A stretch of 64,000 nucleotides of DNA, from positions 1 to 64,000 of the IMG/VR virus record IMGVR_UViG_3300005613_000002. One strand, given 5' to 3'. Both the position numbers and the translations under genes were made by a program. The notes under the pieces were generated by a model. It made no database searches and had not been told where the DNA came from. It saw only the letters and a list, made by a program, of their open reading frames with translations. Positions 30,547 through 41,143 of this stretch are shown here, piece after piece (the first letter of the stretch is position 1; the number at the start of each line of letters is the position of its first letter).

Positions 30547-31830
30547 TTATATCTTTTCTGATGCAGTTAAAAACACGTCTTCTGTCCCAGAACTAGCATT
30601 CCATATATCAAAATATAAATAATATAATCCTGCTGCTGAATAATCAACAATATTACTTGATTCATGAACAAAACTACTTGAAACACCAATTGTATAACCA
30701 CTTAGGTTAACAAGAAATACTTTCTGTGTTTTATTTTGTTTTAAATTTGTAACCACAAAATTTATTGGTCCTGTTGGTGTACATGAAATAATCCCCGAAG
30801 TTGAACAATCAATTGTTCCCGTATTATCTATTGTTATTTCTGTTAAATCAGTTCCAATTTTATTGTATGTTACTGAACTATCAATTGGTGTAGCTGTTGT
30901 TGCAGTATCAGCACTTAATGCATGAGTTGCAGTATTAGCACTAGATGCCGTACCAGTTAAATCACCAATAAATGTCGGTGCTGTAACATCACCAGTAAAT
31001 GTATCCCCAGATAAATTAGCTTTTGAAGATAAATCATTAGTTAAATCAGTTACTTGATTTTGTGTTATTGTTATAGCAGACTGAGCATAATGAATATCTG
31101 TATTACCAGTATGACCATCAATTGATTCGGTGTTACCTGTTATTCCATTATTTAATATTCCTAAATCATTACTTAAATCAGTTACTTGATTTTGTGTTAT
31201 TGTTATAGCTGATTGTACATAATGAATATCAGTATCACCAGTGTGATTACTAACCGTTTCTGTTAAACCAGTAACATCACTAGTTTTAGTAAATCCAGTA
31301 ATGTCTGACATTTCAAAGTGAATGTTTGTATTACCAGTATGAGTTTCAATAGTTTGAGTTAATCCAGTAACATCAGAACCTAAATCATATGTAATAAATT
31401 TAGATGTTGCAGCATCCCAATAAGCATAACCACCATCTAATGGTGTATCTTCTCTACCAGCTATAGCAACTAATGTATCACCACTCCAACCAACTCTCAA
31501 CATCCCATCATATGTTGCACCAAAAACTGCTGTTTTACCAGAACCATCAACATTAAGCACAGCTAGTCCTGAAACCTCACCAATTGCAATTGGTAGTGTA
31601 TTTCCACTACGCATAAAAATAAAATCATTTTCAGAATAAATAAACTCACTATTCACAACATTTATCATTCCATCAACATTTAAGTTGCCTGATAAGTCCA
31701 TTGATGTACCATTAATTTGACCAGTAAATGTTGCACCAGATAAATCAGCTTTACCTGATACATCAGCACTAAAATCACCTGTAAGTAAATATTGTTTTCC
31801 CGTAATTAAATCAGTTGTAAGTATTGACAT
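30547..31830 (-). CDS. Tail fibre protein with HTGxTxIH repeats
   Basis: KADLSGATFTG and GDLTGTAS.A..A fibre motifs; three HTGxTxIH units. Confidence 0.75.
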   Translation of the reverse strand: MSILTTDLITGKQYLLTGDFSADVSGKADLSGATFTGQINGTSMDLSGNLNVDGMINVVNSEFIYSENDFIFMRSGNTLPIAIGEVSGLAVLNVDGSGKTAVFGATYDGMLRVGWSGDTLVAIAGREDTPLDGGYAYWDAATSKFITYDLGSDVTGLTQTIETHTGNTNIHFEMSDITGFTKTSDVTGLTETVSNHTGDTDIHYVQSAITITQNQVTDLSNDLGILNNGITGNTESIDGHTGNTDIHYAQSAITITQNQVTDLTNDLSSKANLSGDTFTGDVTAPTFIGDLTGTASSANTATHALSADTATTATPIDSSVTYNKIGTDLTEITIDNTGTIDCSTSGIISCTPTGPINFVVTNLKQNKTQKVFLVNLSGYTIGVSSSFVHESSNIVDYSAAGLYYLYFDIWNASSGTEDVFLTASEKI

Positions 31831-31839
31831 AATTTTATT

Positions 31840-32094
31840 TTAAATATAAGTATATATTGCTCTATTATTCCAAACAAATGTTGATGTTTGAAGTCCATTT
31901 GGAAATAATGTAATATTCCAAACATTACCAGTTTTTTTTATTTTTTTTATACTCCAAACTGGTCTACTCTGGGAATTACCATTATTAGAAACACCAATAT
32001 AATATTCTGTTGATGATACTTCATCTATTAATGTTATTGGGTCATAAGTTTGAATTACTGAACCTGAATCTGATATATCTGTCATGTCTGCCAT
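31840..32094 (-). CDS. Small hypothetical virion protein
   Basis: 84-aa ORF in fibre cluster. Confidence 0.6.
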   Translation of the reverse strand: MADMTDISDSGSVIQTYDPITLIDEVSSTEYYIGVSNNGNSQSRPVWSIKKIKKTGNVWNITLFPNGLQTSTFVWNNRAIYTYI

Positions 32095-32114
32095 TTTGAA
32101 TATTTTTTTATTTG

Positions 32115-32591
32115 TTAACCTCTTTCATCCATATGATAATTTTCATCATAACATTCATCATGAGTTTCCTCATAACATTCATCATTATAATTATCGTAAT
32201 TTTCAGACATATATTCATGTCTATGTTGATTATTTCCTAACCCTTTTACTCTTTTTTTAAGAGTGGCACTTATTCCATCACCAAGTAATCCTAAAGTTAC
32301 TGCATCAAAATTACCAAAAGGATGACCACTTATTTCAGTGTAAAATCTAAATAATATGTATGTACATAATACCGTAGTTAAATATCTACGCCAATTATCC
32401 CTAAACCAAAATCTCCAACTCCATTTTTTTGGTGTTTTTCTGCTTTCTTTATCTCTACCACTTGTTTCAGTTAATCCATAAATGAAATAACCTATAATAA
32501 AAAACCACATATAACCAAACATTACAATCATTGTAACACCTTCACCAAACATTATTTGAAATAATTCATTTATTTCATCGTTATTAAACAT
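32115..32591 (-). CDS. Membrane protein, possible holin
   Basis: Two to three hydrophobic segments and a highly charged acidic C-terminal tail. Confidence 0.5.
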   Translation of the reverse strand: MFNNDEINELFQIMFGEGVTMIVMFGYMWFFIIGYFIYGLTETSGRDKESRKTPKKWSWRFWFRDNWRRYLTTVLCTYILFRFYTEISGHPFGNFDAVTLGLLGDGISATLKKRVKGLGNNQHRHEYMSENYDNYNDECYEETHDECYDENYHMDERG

Positions 32592-32628
32592 TTTATTTAA
32601 ATTTAATTATAAATACTAATTTATATTA

Positions 32629-33075
32629 TTATTTTGATTTATTTTCCAAATAAATCACACCATTCGAACTATCTATTAATGCTTGATGTTCAGATTCAAC
32701 ATAATTACAATAAATAAACATATTATCACCAAACTGTTCAATTTGAAGTTTAAGTGTAACTGTTAAATCGAATAATAATTGTGGATATGAATTAATTAAT
32801 GAAATTGGTGCAACAATTCTCATTTCACATTCATCATTATGCCACTTACATACATCAAATTCACCATTTTCTAAAGCACTTTGAGCATCTTCTTCATTAT
32901 CAAACCAATACCACCCATCTATAGGAAAATCATATGTATCTTTTAATTCTTTACTTAATTCATAATCTCGTGCTATAATAAAATTAGCACCATAAATTAA
33001 ATTAATTCCATCTTCTGTTTTATAAAATCCATCTGTCATAATATTCAATTTAAATGTTATCCAGCTATTGTCCAA
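32629..33075 (-). CDS. Hypothetical protein
   Basis: GFYK...L.YGANF...FPIDGWYWFD; in operon. Confidence 0.6.
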   Translation of the reverse strand: MDNSWITFKLNIMTDGFYKTEDGINLIYGANFIIARDYELSKELKDTYDFPIDGWYWFDNEEDAQSALENGEFDVCKWHNDECEMRIVAPISLINSYPQLLFDLTVTLKLQIEQFGDNMFIYCNYVESEHQALIDSSNGVIYLENKSK

Positions 33076-34151
33076 CCCTTATCTGTTGCAATTTGTCTTT
33101 CAGCAGCAGTTAATAATGCTGCCCCATAATTTCCAGTTATTGTAATTGTTTGTGATGTTACACCTGATGCTAACCCATTAAATATATCCACCAATGCTTC
33201 TTGACCTAATAAACAATTATTATAACTTATACTGATTGATGTCCCACTTAACACACCAGCAGATAATGAGAAATTATAATAAAACATATTTGTAAAACTA
33301 GTACCTCCTGATGTATTTAACATTGGTATTGTTTGTAATGAAGTACAATATTGAAACATCGAATAAAATGTTGTTGCCCCTGATGTATTTAAATATGGTA
33401 TGGTTCTTAATGTTTGGCAATATGTAAACATATTACCAAAATATTGAACATTTGATGTATCTAATAATGGTATTGTTTCTAATGAATTACAATACATAAA
33501 CATATATGTTAAATCAGTACCTTTTGATGTATCTAATGATACTAACTTTTGTAATTTATAACAATAATAAAACATATATTCAAAATCTGAAATATTATTA
33601 GTACCAATAAATTCGAATTGTTCTAATAGACCAGTTTTAGTATCATCATCAGATATTAAAATTTGAGTAAAACCAGTACCTGCCATTCTAATATCTAACC
33701 AACCATTACAATAATCAACAGTATCTTGTTTAACATTTAAATAACAATTTGTTAAAGTTTCACCAGATTGTGGTGTTACAACAACAATTGCCTGTCTATA
33801 TCCTTTTGAGCTTTCAGTAGTTACATCATAATCACCATAATTTAAATAGTCATCATATTGTACACCACTAGCAACATCAGTATCTGACACTAAGGAAGAT
33901 TTATTATAAACTTTTACATTATATGCACCACTAAAATCTAATGTTAAAAAAGTACCATTTTCATAAACAGCATGTAATCCAACAAATATTTCATTTCCTT
34001 CAACTATCGTATAACCAGTTGTAATATCTAACCAATCAGTTGGTCTAGTATATGAATTATCATATATGTCTTGCCAATATTGCTCAGTCCATTCTGGTGT
34101 TGTATCTCCACCACTTCCTATCATTGGTAATTTAAAAGTTCCTATTGCCAT
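33057..34151 (-). CDS. DUF285/BspA-type leucine-rich repeat protein
   Basis: Four to five repeats of (L/D)TS.G..F..MF.YC.SL.TIP.L. Confidence 0.8.
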   Translation of the reverse strand: MAIGTFKLPMIGSGGDTTPEWTEQYWQDIYDNSYTRPTDWLDITTGYTIVEGNEIFVGLHAVYENGTFLTLDFSGAYNVKVYNKSSLVSDTDVASGVQYDDYLNYGDYDVTTESSKGYRQAIVVVTPQSGETLTNCYLNVKQDTVDYCNGWLDIRMAGTGFTQILISDDDTKTGLLEQFEFIGTNNISDFEYMFYYCYKLQKLVSLDTSKGTDLTYMFMYCNSLETIPLLDTSNVQYFGNMFTYCQTLRTIPYLNTSGATTFYSMFQYCTSLQTIPMLNTSGGTSFTNMFYYNFSLSAGVLSGTSISISYNNCLLGQEALVDIFNGLASGVTSQTITITGNYGAALLTAAERQIATDKGWTIAG

Positions 34152-34152
34152 T

Positions 34153-37100
34153 TTATTTAAATATATTTATTGTTACTGAAATATCATCTGTTGGTTCATT
34201 CATTGCATAAAGTTTAACACTACCACTACTTGAAACTGTTTTAGGTAACACATTAGCTGTTTGAATAATTGTAACACTATCATTATCAGGAATTACATCA
34301 ACAATACTACTTGATGTAATATTTCCATTAGATAAATCATATTCCCAATATCCTGAAACTAAACTCCAAGATGTTGATGTTAATGTTAATCCTGTAACTT
34401 GGGTTGTAGTAGTAAAACCTGTAATTTGATTCATTTCAAAGTGAATAGATGTATCACCAGAATGTGAATTAAAATTAGTTTCATTACTAGTTATAGCATT
34501 CGCATATTCAACACTTTGTGCTTGTAAATCTGTTGAAGTATATGGCACTGTTGGTACAACCGAAACATTACCAGCAGTTGTTGCTGCTCCTACTGCCCCA
34601 ATTATCTGACTGAAACGTGTTCCAGAAATTATTTTAACTGCATTAATTCGATATTTCCCTGTAGTACCATACGATGCTGAAGTACGAATTGTAATTCTTT
34701 CAACAATTACCATTTCAGCAAATAATGATGTTATATCACCAAAATATAATGACTGTGGTTCTTCAGCTAATGCTGCTGTTGCTGTTGCATATGAAAATTG
34801 TGGACTAACAACAATAGCTCGATAATTTTGACTACCAACATCACTAGATACTGGCACTCTAATCACATAATAATTTGCATATCTATTGTTTAACATTTCT
34901 GTTTCAGTAAAACCACTACCATCCCAAGTATAATAATTAGGATAAGTACCTGTAACTATAGCATAATTTGATTGTGTTGTTTGGAAATTAGTTTCACCAC
35001 TTCCTGTAAAATATAATGTAGTATAACTATCTTGTATCCAAGCATCAATATTAGATTTTAAGTCTTCATCAGCAATAATTCCTGCTTCTAATCCAAATGT
35101 ATTATTAGCGTTAGTTGGACTTGATGGTTGAATTTCATATGTGCCATCAGTAAATCCAAATCCTGAAACTTTATATGTACCAGTAGTTCGATGACTTTCC
35201 TCATGCGAATTCCAATCCATTGTACCATGTATCTCTCTAGTACCAATTGTAGTGTTTTTGGGACGTATACTTACCATTAAATCAGTGAAATTCCAAACAG
35301 TATTACTCCATACAAAATTTAATCCATCAGTACTATAAAGATACCAATCTAATGTATTTGCTGTGTGTCCTGATGAAGTCCAACTTGTACCTAAAGAATA
35401 TCTAACTCCTTTCCAATAATAAACGATTTCAGTTCCATGAGTTAAAGTTATTGTTCTATTTGTACTATTATAACTAACATCAATATTTTGATTATCAATA
35501 AAACCTGTCAACAAATTAGCTTCATCATTAGCTGTTTCTGTTGCACCAGTAATTGTGTTTATTAATTCAGTATTCCCTGTTATACCATCATTTAAATTTG
35601 ATAAATCAGATTCTAAACCAGTCACTTGTGATTGAGTTATTGTTATAGCTGATTGCACATAATGAATATCAGTATCACCTGTGTGATTACTAACTGTTTC
35701 AGTTAAACCACTTAAATCATTATTTAATGAATTAATACTTTCAGTATTTCCAGTTGTTTGTCCAGATAATGTGTAAATTAATTCAGTATTTCCAGTAGTT
35801 CCAGTATGTGTATGACCCAATGCAAACTCTTGTGCTGTATCACCAGTAATCCACGCAGGTTTATTAGTTAACTCATTCCAATCATGGATTGTCGTTCCAC
35901 CACCTTTTGGCATTGAGCCGAACTTATCAACTTCAATAAATTGTGCTTCAAGAGTATTACTTAAATCAGTAATTCCACCTTTAACAATTATAAATGCCCT
36001 AAATAAACCATTGCTAGACATATTATTTTCCCATTGGAAGTTCTCACTATACATTCCATCAATTGCGTCACTCATAGTACCATACTCACCCTGTCCATAT
36101 TGGATTCTTATGAGATTAGATGAAAACAATACTGCTCTTTGCACATAAAAACTATTTGTTTTTGTAACAATACGACTCCCTAAAGGATTTTCCCAATAAT
36201 TAGTGTCAATTGAATTAGTATCACCATATTCAGTACCATCACTAAGTCTATATCTTAAATTTGATGGTGCTGTTAATGATGACATCATTTTCTGGTGAGG
36301 ATTAAAACCATCATCAAGATAGAAATTAACACCACGCTGAAAAAGTATTCCAGCATTTTTATCAATTTGTAAATTACTACCATTTGAATTAATAATATTT
36401 CCATCAACATTAAAACTCTTTAAACCATCCAATAAATCATTAAATTGCGATTGTCCATCTGTAATAACATCAGGAAGATTATTCACTGCATTAACATATG
36501 TTAAATCTGAATGTATTACTGCACCAATTATAATATGAGTTCGTCTTTGTATTGGAGTAAATTGTGTTGTTTGTTGAGCAATTGTACCACCCGTTGTTAA
36601 TCCAATATATGTGATAATGCTTGAAGCAATATAAGTTAAAGTAATCCCAGTTTCACCACTATAATTAATAATATTTTGAGTTGGGTTATTTGGGTCAGTA
36701 TGATTATCGACAAGCAATCCTTTACCTTCACTAAGATTAAAAGTAGTTCCACTTGCCCCATTCATTGATAAGGTAAATCCAGATATTACACCATTTGCAC
36801 CAAATAATTTAATTTTGTTTATTTCTGATGTATTATCAATAGTAACACCACTTACTATATTTAAGTCTGATTGTAATTGTGCTGTAGTACCTGTATCAGT
36901 CTTTCCAGCTAAATCATTAGTTAAATCAGTTACTTGTGATTGAGTTAATGTTATAGCAGACTGAGCATAATGAATATCAGTATCACCAGTATGCGTTTCA
37001 ACTGTTTCAGTTAAACCAGTTAAATCTAATAAATCTGCTTTACTCGCTAATGCAGATTCTAAACCAGTCACTTGTGATTGAGTTATTGTGATAGCTGATT

Positions 37101-37350
37101 GTGCATAATGAATATCAGTATCGCCTGTGTGATTAGTTACAGTCTCAACTAAATTAGCCGAAGTACTACCTGTAAATTGTTCTAAATTTAATGTTTCTCC
37201 AGATAATTTATAATCAGCAAATGAATCAATAGTTCCCTCTTGTTCAATTATTAAATCACCAGATATTCGAGTTGTTCCCGATAAATTTAATGTATCGCCT
37301 GTAGTTTGTTCAAACTTACTATTATCTAAATTTCTTTTAGTATCAATCAT
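34153..37350 (-). CDS. Large tail fibre protein with HTGDTDIH repeats
   Basis: 1065 aa, T/G/N-rich; three HTGDTDIHY.QSAIT.TQSQV repeats plus HSGDTSIH. Confidence 0.75.
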   Translation of the reverse strand: MIDTKRNLDNSKFEQTTGDTLNLSGTTRISGDLIIEQEGTIDSFADYKLSGETLNLEQFTGSTSANLVETVTNHTGDTDIHYAQSAITITQSQVTGLESALASKADLLDLTGLTETVETHTGDTDIHYAQSAITLTQSQVTDLTNDLAGKTDTGTTAQLQSDLNIVSGVTIDNTSEINKIKLFGANGVISGFTLSMNGASGTTFNLSEGKGLLVDNHTDPNNPTQNIINYSGETGITLTYIASSIITYIGLTTGGTIAQQTTQFTPIQRRTHIIIGAVIHSDLTYVNAVNNLPDVITDGQSQFNDLLDGLKSFNVDGNIINSNGSNLQIDKNAGILFQRGVNFYLDDGFNPHQKMMSSLTAPSNLRYRLSDGTEYGDTNSIDTNYWENPLGSRIVTKTNSFYVQRAVLFSSNLIRIQYGQGEYGTMSDAIDGMYSENFQWENNMSSNGLFRAFIIVKGGITDLSNTLEAQFIEVDKFGSMPKGGGTTIHDWNELTNKPAWITGDTAQEFALGHTHTGTTGNTELIYTLSGQTTGNTESINSLNNDLSGLTETVSNHTGDTDIHYVQSAITITQSQVTGLESDLSNLNDGITGNTELINTITGATETANDEANLLTGFIDNQNIDVSYNSTNRTITLTHGTEIVYYWKGVRYSLGTSWTSSGHTANTLDWYLYSTDGLNFVWSNTVWNFTDLMVSIRPKNTTIGTREIHGTMDWNSHEESHRTTGTYKVSGFGFTDGTYEIQPSSPTNANNTFGLEAGIIADEDLKSNIDAWIQDSYTTLYFTGSGETNFQTTQSNYAIVTGTYPNYYTWDGSGFTETEMLNNRYANYYVIRVPVSSDVGSQNYRAIVVSPQFSYATATAALAEEPQSLYFGDITSLFAEMVIVERITIRTSASYGTTGKYRINAVKIISGTRFSQIIGAVGAATTAGNVSVVPTVPYTSTDLQAQSVEYANAITSNETNFNSHSGDTSIHFEMNQITGFTTTTQVTGLTLTSTSWSLVSGYWEYDLSNGNITSSSIVDVIPDNDSVTIIQTANVLPKTVSSSGSVKLYAMNEPTDDISVTINIFK

Positions 37351-37385
37351 TTTATCAAAATATTATATAAATAAATACTTAACAA

Positions 37386-38669
37386 TTATAGTGGGTTTAC
37401 GATATTCCAAAAATAATTATTATATATAAATGTAAATGAACCATAATCAGTATTAATTACCCCAGATGTTTCATTATTAATCAAATTACCATTACCATGA
37501 ACAGTTATTGGGTATGTTCCAGCATTACCGCTTATATCTGCCACCACTACTCTTTTCTGACCAGATTCTGGTGTATCATAGAGATACACATTAGTAGAAC
37601 CAGTAGTACCAGAAACACCACTAATTCCTACATATTCATCATATTGTGCCACATAAAATGTTGACCCAGATGTAACACCAGTAACATTTTTCACTGTTAG
37701 ACTTGTTGCACCAGAAGCAGCACTAGTATGAACAACCACATTATCACCAACAACACATACATTTGTATCACCACTTCCAATAATTTTTCTATATTGAAAT
37801 GTGTTTCCATCCATACCACTATACACACCAACACCTAAAGACCCAATATTTTCACCTTGATATGTTGAAGCTGATAGGTAAATAAATGCTTCATCTTCTC
37901 TAAAATTAACTAAATTAGGTGTTTCACTTTTAAATGATCTAAATTTCAATAAATTATCTTCAGTAAAGGAATATGGTCTTACACCTATTGTAATTGTATC
38001 ACCTGTAGTTATTGAACCTTCAACAGCATTAACTACTGCATTTGTCCCATTATTATATACTGTACTATCAGTCCAACTCGTATTTGCATAAGGTAATGAT
38101 GTACCACCAGTATAATAACGAGGTAAATCAGTAGTTTGAAAAGTACCTATCAATTCAGATACATCACCATCAATAAATGTCCAACCAAGTAAATCAGACC
38201 CTGAAACATATTCACTCCAAATCCAAGATTTACTAGTGCCAGTACTATAATATGCACGTTTATTTATACCATCAGAAGGTGTACCAACATGAATAATCCC
38301 ATCACTACCCCTATAATAATTATTATATAAACAAACATAATCCCCATCAAAACTATCATCAGCCAATTGGTCAATAGGTAATGATTGTAAACCATTAAAA
38401 CCACTAAAATATCCAAGATTAGTAGCACCACTAATATAATCACAAATAATACCAAATTTCACAACAAGATCAACATCATCAACACCATCTTTATACCAAT
38501 ACTCGATATTATTAACTAAAACAGTTAACCCAACATATCTTTCACTTATTGGTAATTCAGCATTTGCTGCACTTGCTGATAAATATGAGGTATTACCACT
38601 ACTTAAATACTTAGAATCAATTGGTTTACCTGCTTTTATTTTTATATTGTCATTTAAAATTATTCCCAT
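37386..38669 (-). CDS. Virion structural/fibre protein
   Basis: PIDSKY...RYVGLTVLV N-terminus; C-terminal DISGNA...ITVHGN...YGSFTF.Y...WNI module. Confidence 0.6.
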   Translation of the reverse strand: MGIILNDNIKIKAGKPIDSKYLSSGNTSYLSASAANAELPISERYVGLTVLVNNIEYWYKDGVDDVDLVVKFGIICDYISGATNLGYFSGFNGLQSLPIDQLADDSFDGDYVCLYNNYYRGSDGIIHVGTPSDGINKRAYYSTGTSKSWIWSEYVSGSDLLGWTFIDGDVSELIGTFQTTDLPRYYTGGTSLPYANTSWTDSTVYNNGTNAVVNAVEGSITTGDTITIGVRPYSFTEDNLLKFRSFKSETPNLVNFREDEAFIYLSASTYQGENIGSLGVGVYSGMDGNTFQYRKIIGSGDTNVCVVGDNVVVHTSAASGATSLTVKNVTGVTSGSTFYVAQYDEYVGISGVSGTTGSTNVYLYDTPESGQKRVVVADISGNAGTYPITVHGNGNLINNETSGVINTDYGSFTFIYNNYFWNIVNPL

Positions 38670-38674
38670 TTTGT

Positions 38675-39814
38675 TTAAGTATTTCTAAATTCAATTATTT
38701 CGGTTAATTCAGTTTGATAATTACTAATGTATAATTGATATGTTTGACCACTCCAATATGTGGTAGACACACCAGTAACAGAATCTAAATCAGGAAATAA
38801 ATTACCACCAGAAGACACCGAACCACCAATATTACCATTATTTATTGTATCAACATACCATTTAGTTTTAAACGTACTAGCAGTTGGAATTGCAAACCAT
38901 ATATAATCATCATTAGTACTATTATAATCAATACTAATTGTTCCATCGCTTGTTTCAAGAACACTTGTTCCACCAGTAATTAATGCTGCTGTAGATGATG
39001 GTCGATTAAGACCTGCACCAACACCACCACTTGCTACCTTACCATAAAAATATGGATAAATACCAGTAATTGTCAGTGTTGACCCTGTTGTAACACCAGA
39101 TGGTAATGCAGTACTATATGTACCACCAGTACTATTCAATGGTTGTTCACCTTGACTATAATAAACATTATTTAAAATAGTATTACTACCACCAGTAATA
39201 CTAAATGAAATATCATATACTGAATTTCCAGTATATGTAATACCTTGTATTATGTATTCATAAGTAATCGCCTCACCACTCGTAAAACCACTTGTTCCAT
39301 ATGGTGGTGTTATTGAACCTCTATCAAATACCGAAGTACCCGTTATATTTATAATATCACCAACCTGATAAATTAATGTTGTTGGGTCAATACTAAATGT
39401 GCTTGATGGTTGTGTTATTGTTGGATATAATGTAGGAACTAACATATCATGAAGAATATCAACAATTTGTTGATTATATAAATAATAACCAGTTCCAGTA
39501 ACACCACTTACATTACCAGTAATACCACCAACATCAACACTAGCATGTTCATCATAAGGATAAAATCCACTACCACCAGCAGTTGCTCCAGAAGCTAAAA
39601 CAATTTTTTGTAGATCATGTCTGTAAGTTAAAACATACATATTGGTTGATGAACTTGCACCACTTGCCGTAACAATAATATTACCACCAGCATCATTTGA
39701 TAATGTAAACCCACTAGTTGACAGTATTTGAGTCTGACCAGATAATCCTAATAATACATCTGTTGTTTGTTTAAACTGTAAGTTCTCCAAATTTGGACGA
39801 CTAAAAAAACTCAT
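38675..39814 (-). CDS. Virion structural protein (T/G/S-rich beta)
   Basis: Beta-rich ORF heading the fibre transcription unit. Confidence 0.6.
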   Translation of the reverse strand: MSFFSRPNLENLQFKQTTDVLLGLSGQTQILSTSGFTLSNDAGGNIIVTASGASSSTNMYVLTYRHDLQKIVLASGATAGGSGFYPYDEHASVDVGGITGNVSGVTGTGYYLYNQQIVDILHDMLVPTLYPTITQPSSTFSIDPTTLIYQVGDIINITGTSVFDRGSITPPYGTSGFTSGEAITYEYIIQGITYTGNSVYDISFSITGGSNTILNNVYYSQGEQPLNSTGGTYSTALPSGVTTGSTLTITGIYPYFYGKVASGGVGAGLNRPSSTAALITGGTSVLETSDGTISIDYNSTNDDYIWFAIPTASTFKTKWYVDTINNGNIGGSVSSGGNLFPDLDSVTGVSTTYWSGQTYQLYISNYQTELTEIIEFRNT

Positions 39815-39952
39815 ATATTTATTATTTTTTGTTAAATTTATTTAAATTTCCTTGTAACTAACTGACCGTACCCCTAGTTACCAAATTCAAACTTTTTAGT
39901 TTGAATTCATTTATAATAAATACAAAAGTTTTAAATTAAAATCATCATTAAC

Positions 39953-39986
39953 AAAAAAAACCCGTAAGAAATTTCCTACGGGTTTT
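39953..39986 (-). terminator. Intrinsic terminator closing the TROVE-like/ARPP-like unit
   Basis: aaacccgta...tacgggttt hairpin with U-tract on minus strand. Confidence 0.8.
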
Positions 39987-40036
39987 CATAAAACAAAATA
40001 TGTTTTACTAATTCATTATAATATGTGAAATTTAAT

Positions 40037-41131
40037 TTACATACTAAATTTATCTTGTTTCCTAGCTTTACGTCTTAATTCATTTACTTCTCTAAAAGCA
40101 TTTGGATTAAACGTTTCTTTTTTTACAATCGATACCAAATGATTAAATTCGTTTTCAGTAATAACCTGACCAACATAACCATCATTCTTTAACACATAAC
40201 TTTTTGCTCTTGAAGTACTACTATTCCCCTCAGAATCTAATGTAGCATCAAATGTAAATTCAAGAAGTTCTTGAACTTTTTCATGTACACTTAAAGTAAT
40301 ATTTTCTTTAGTTTTCTTTAATGCTTTTTCCATTAAATCAAGAAAATGTTCACGATTACTTTTTTTCAAGTTATTATATGTATCAGTAAATTCTTGTTTC
40401 GATGTTTTATCTTTCACTTCAGATATAATTGCAAGCGAACCATAACAATCACGAATCATCATATCCCATACTTGTTCGGCATAACTAAACGATGGGAATT
40501 TATCAATAGCAACAATTTCTTCATCAATTAATACTATAATACCAATCAAATTTTTTGGTCTTTCAAAATGAGCAATAAATTGTTCAAGTTTTTCATCATA
40601 CTTTTCGAAATATTTATTCAAATAATTACCAGTACTAGAAACAGTGTCTTTACCCAATTTTTCAATAGCTGGATAAATTCTTGAATAATCACCATTTTCA
40701 CCAATATTATCGAACAACATTTCACGCATACTAACTGGTATCATACGAAATTCTTGAGAATTTCTAAAATGACCTGTTTCAGAACCTTGAACACATCCAG
40801 CATCATGATAAGTAACAGTTTTATTCTTATCAATATAACCACCTTTAATCATTGCATGATTTTGCGCTTTTTGTTTTGTGATAACTGCCATTTGTGTTGG
40901 AACTATCACTTCCTTATTTTCTTTATTAGTCAAATCCATTTGACCATAAGAACTATTACTTGATACCAACGCAGTCAATGGATTAGCAAAACGAGTATCC
41001 AATGAATATTCAGCGTCTGTTGTTAAACAAACAATCTGCATGTTCATAATTGATTGAACAATTATATTTCCATCCACATCCTTAACTGGACGACAACCTT
41101 TTAATAGTTCTGTAAAATCTCTTGTATTCAT
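40037..41131 (-). CDS. ARPP-1 (DUF6569)-like protein
   Basis: Q-N-H...G-C-V-Q-G resembles the ARPP-1 QNR...SCVEQG pattern (from recall); 12-nt gap to the TROVE-like gene. Confidence 0.5.
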   Translation of the reverse strand: MNTRDFTELLKGCRPVKDVDGNIIVQSIMNMQIVCLTTDAEYSLDTRFANPLTALVSSNSSYGQMDLTNKENKEVIVPTQMAVITKQKAQNHAMIKGGYIDKNKTVTYHDAGCVQGSETGHFRNSQEFRMIPVSMREMLFDNIGENGDYSRIYPAIEKLGKDTVSSTGNYLNKYFEKYDEKLEQFIAHFERPKNLIGIIVLIDEEIVAIDKFPSFSYAEQVWDMMIRDCYGSLAIISEVKDKTSKQEFTDTYNNLKKSNREHFLDLMEKALKKTKENITLSVHEKVQELLEFTFDATLDSEGNSSTSRAKSYVLKNDGYVGQVITENEFNHLVSIVKKETFNPNAFREVNELRRKARKQDKFSM

Positions 41132-41143
41132 ATCGCTAAATTT

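Noticed and set aside
31045-37145. Fibre repeats as a diversity-generating retroelement TR/VR pair
   Set aside because: No reverse transcriptase in the window; differences are mostly synonymous and not adenine-specific; repeats are internal rather than C-terminal.
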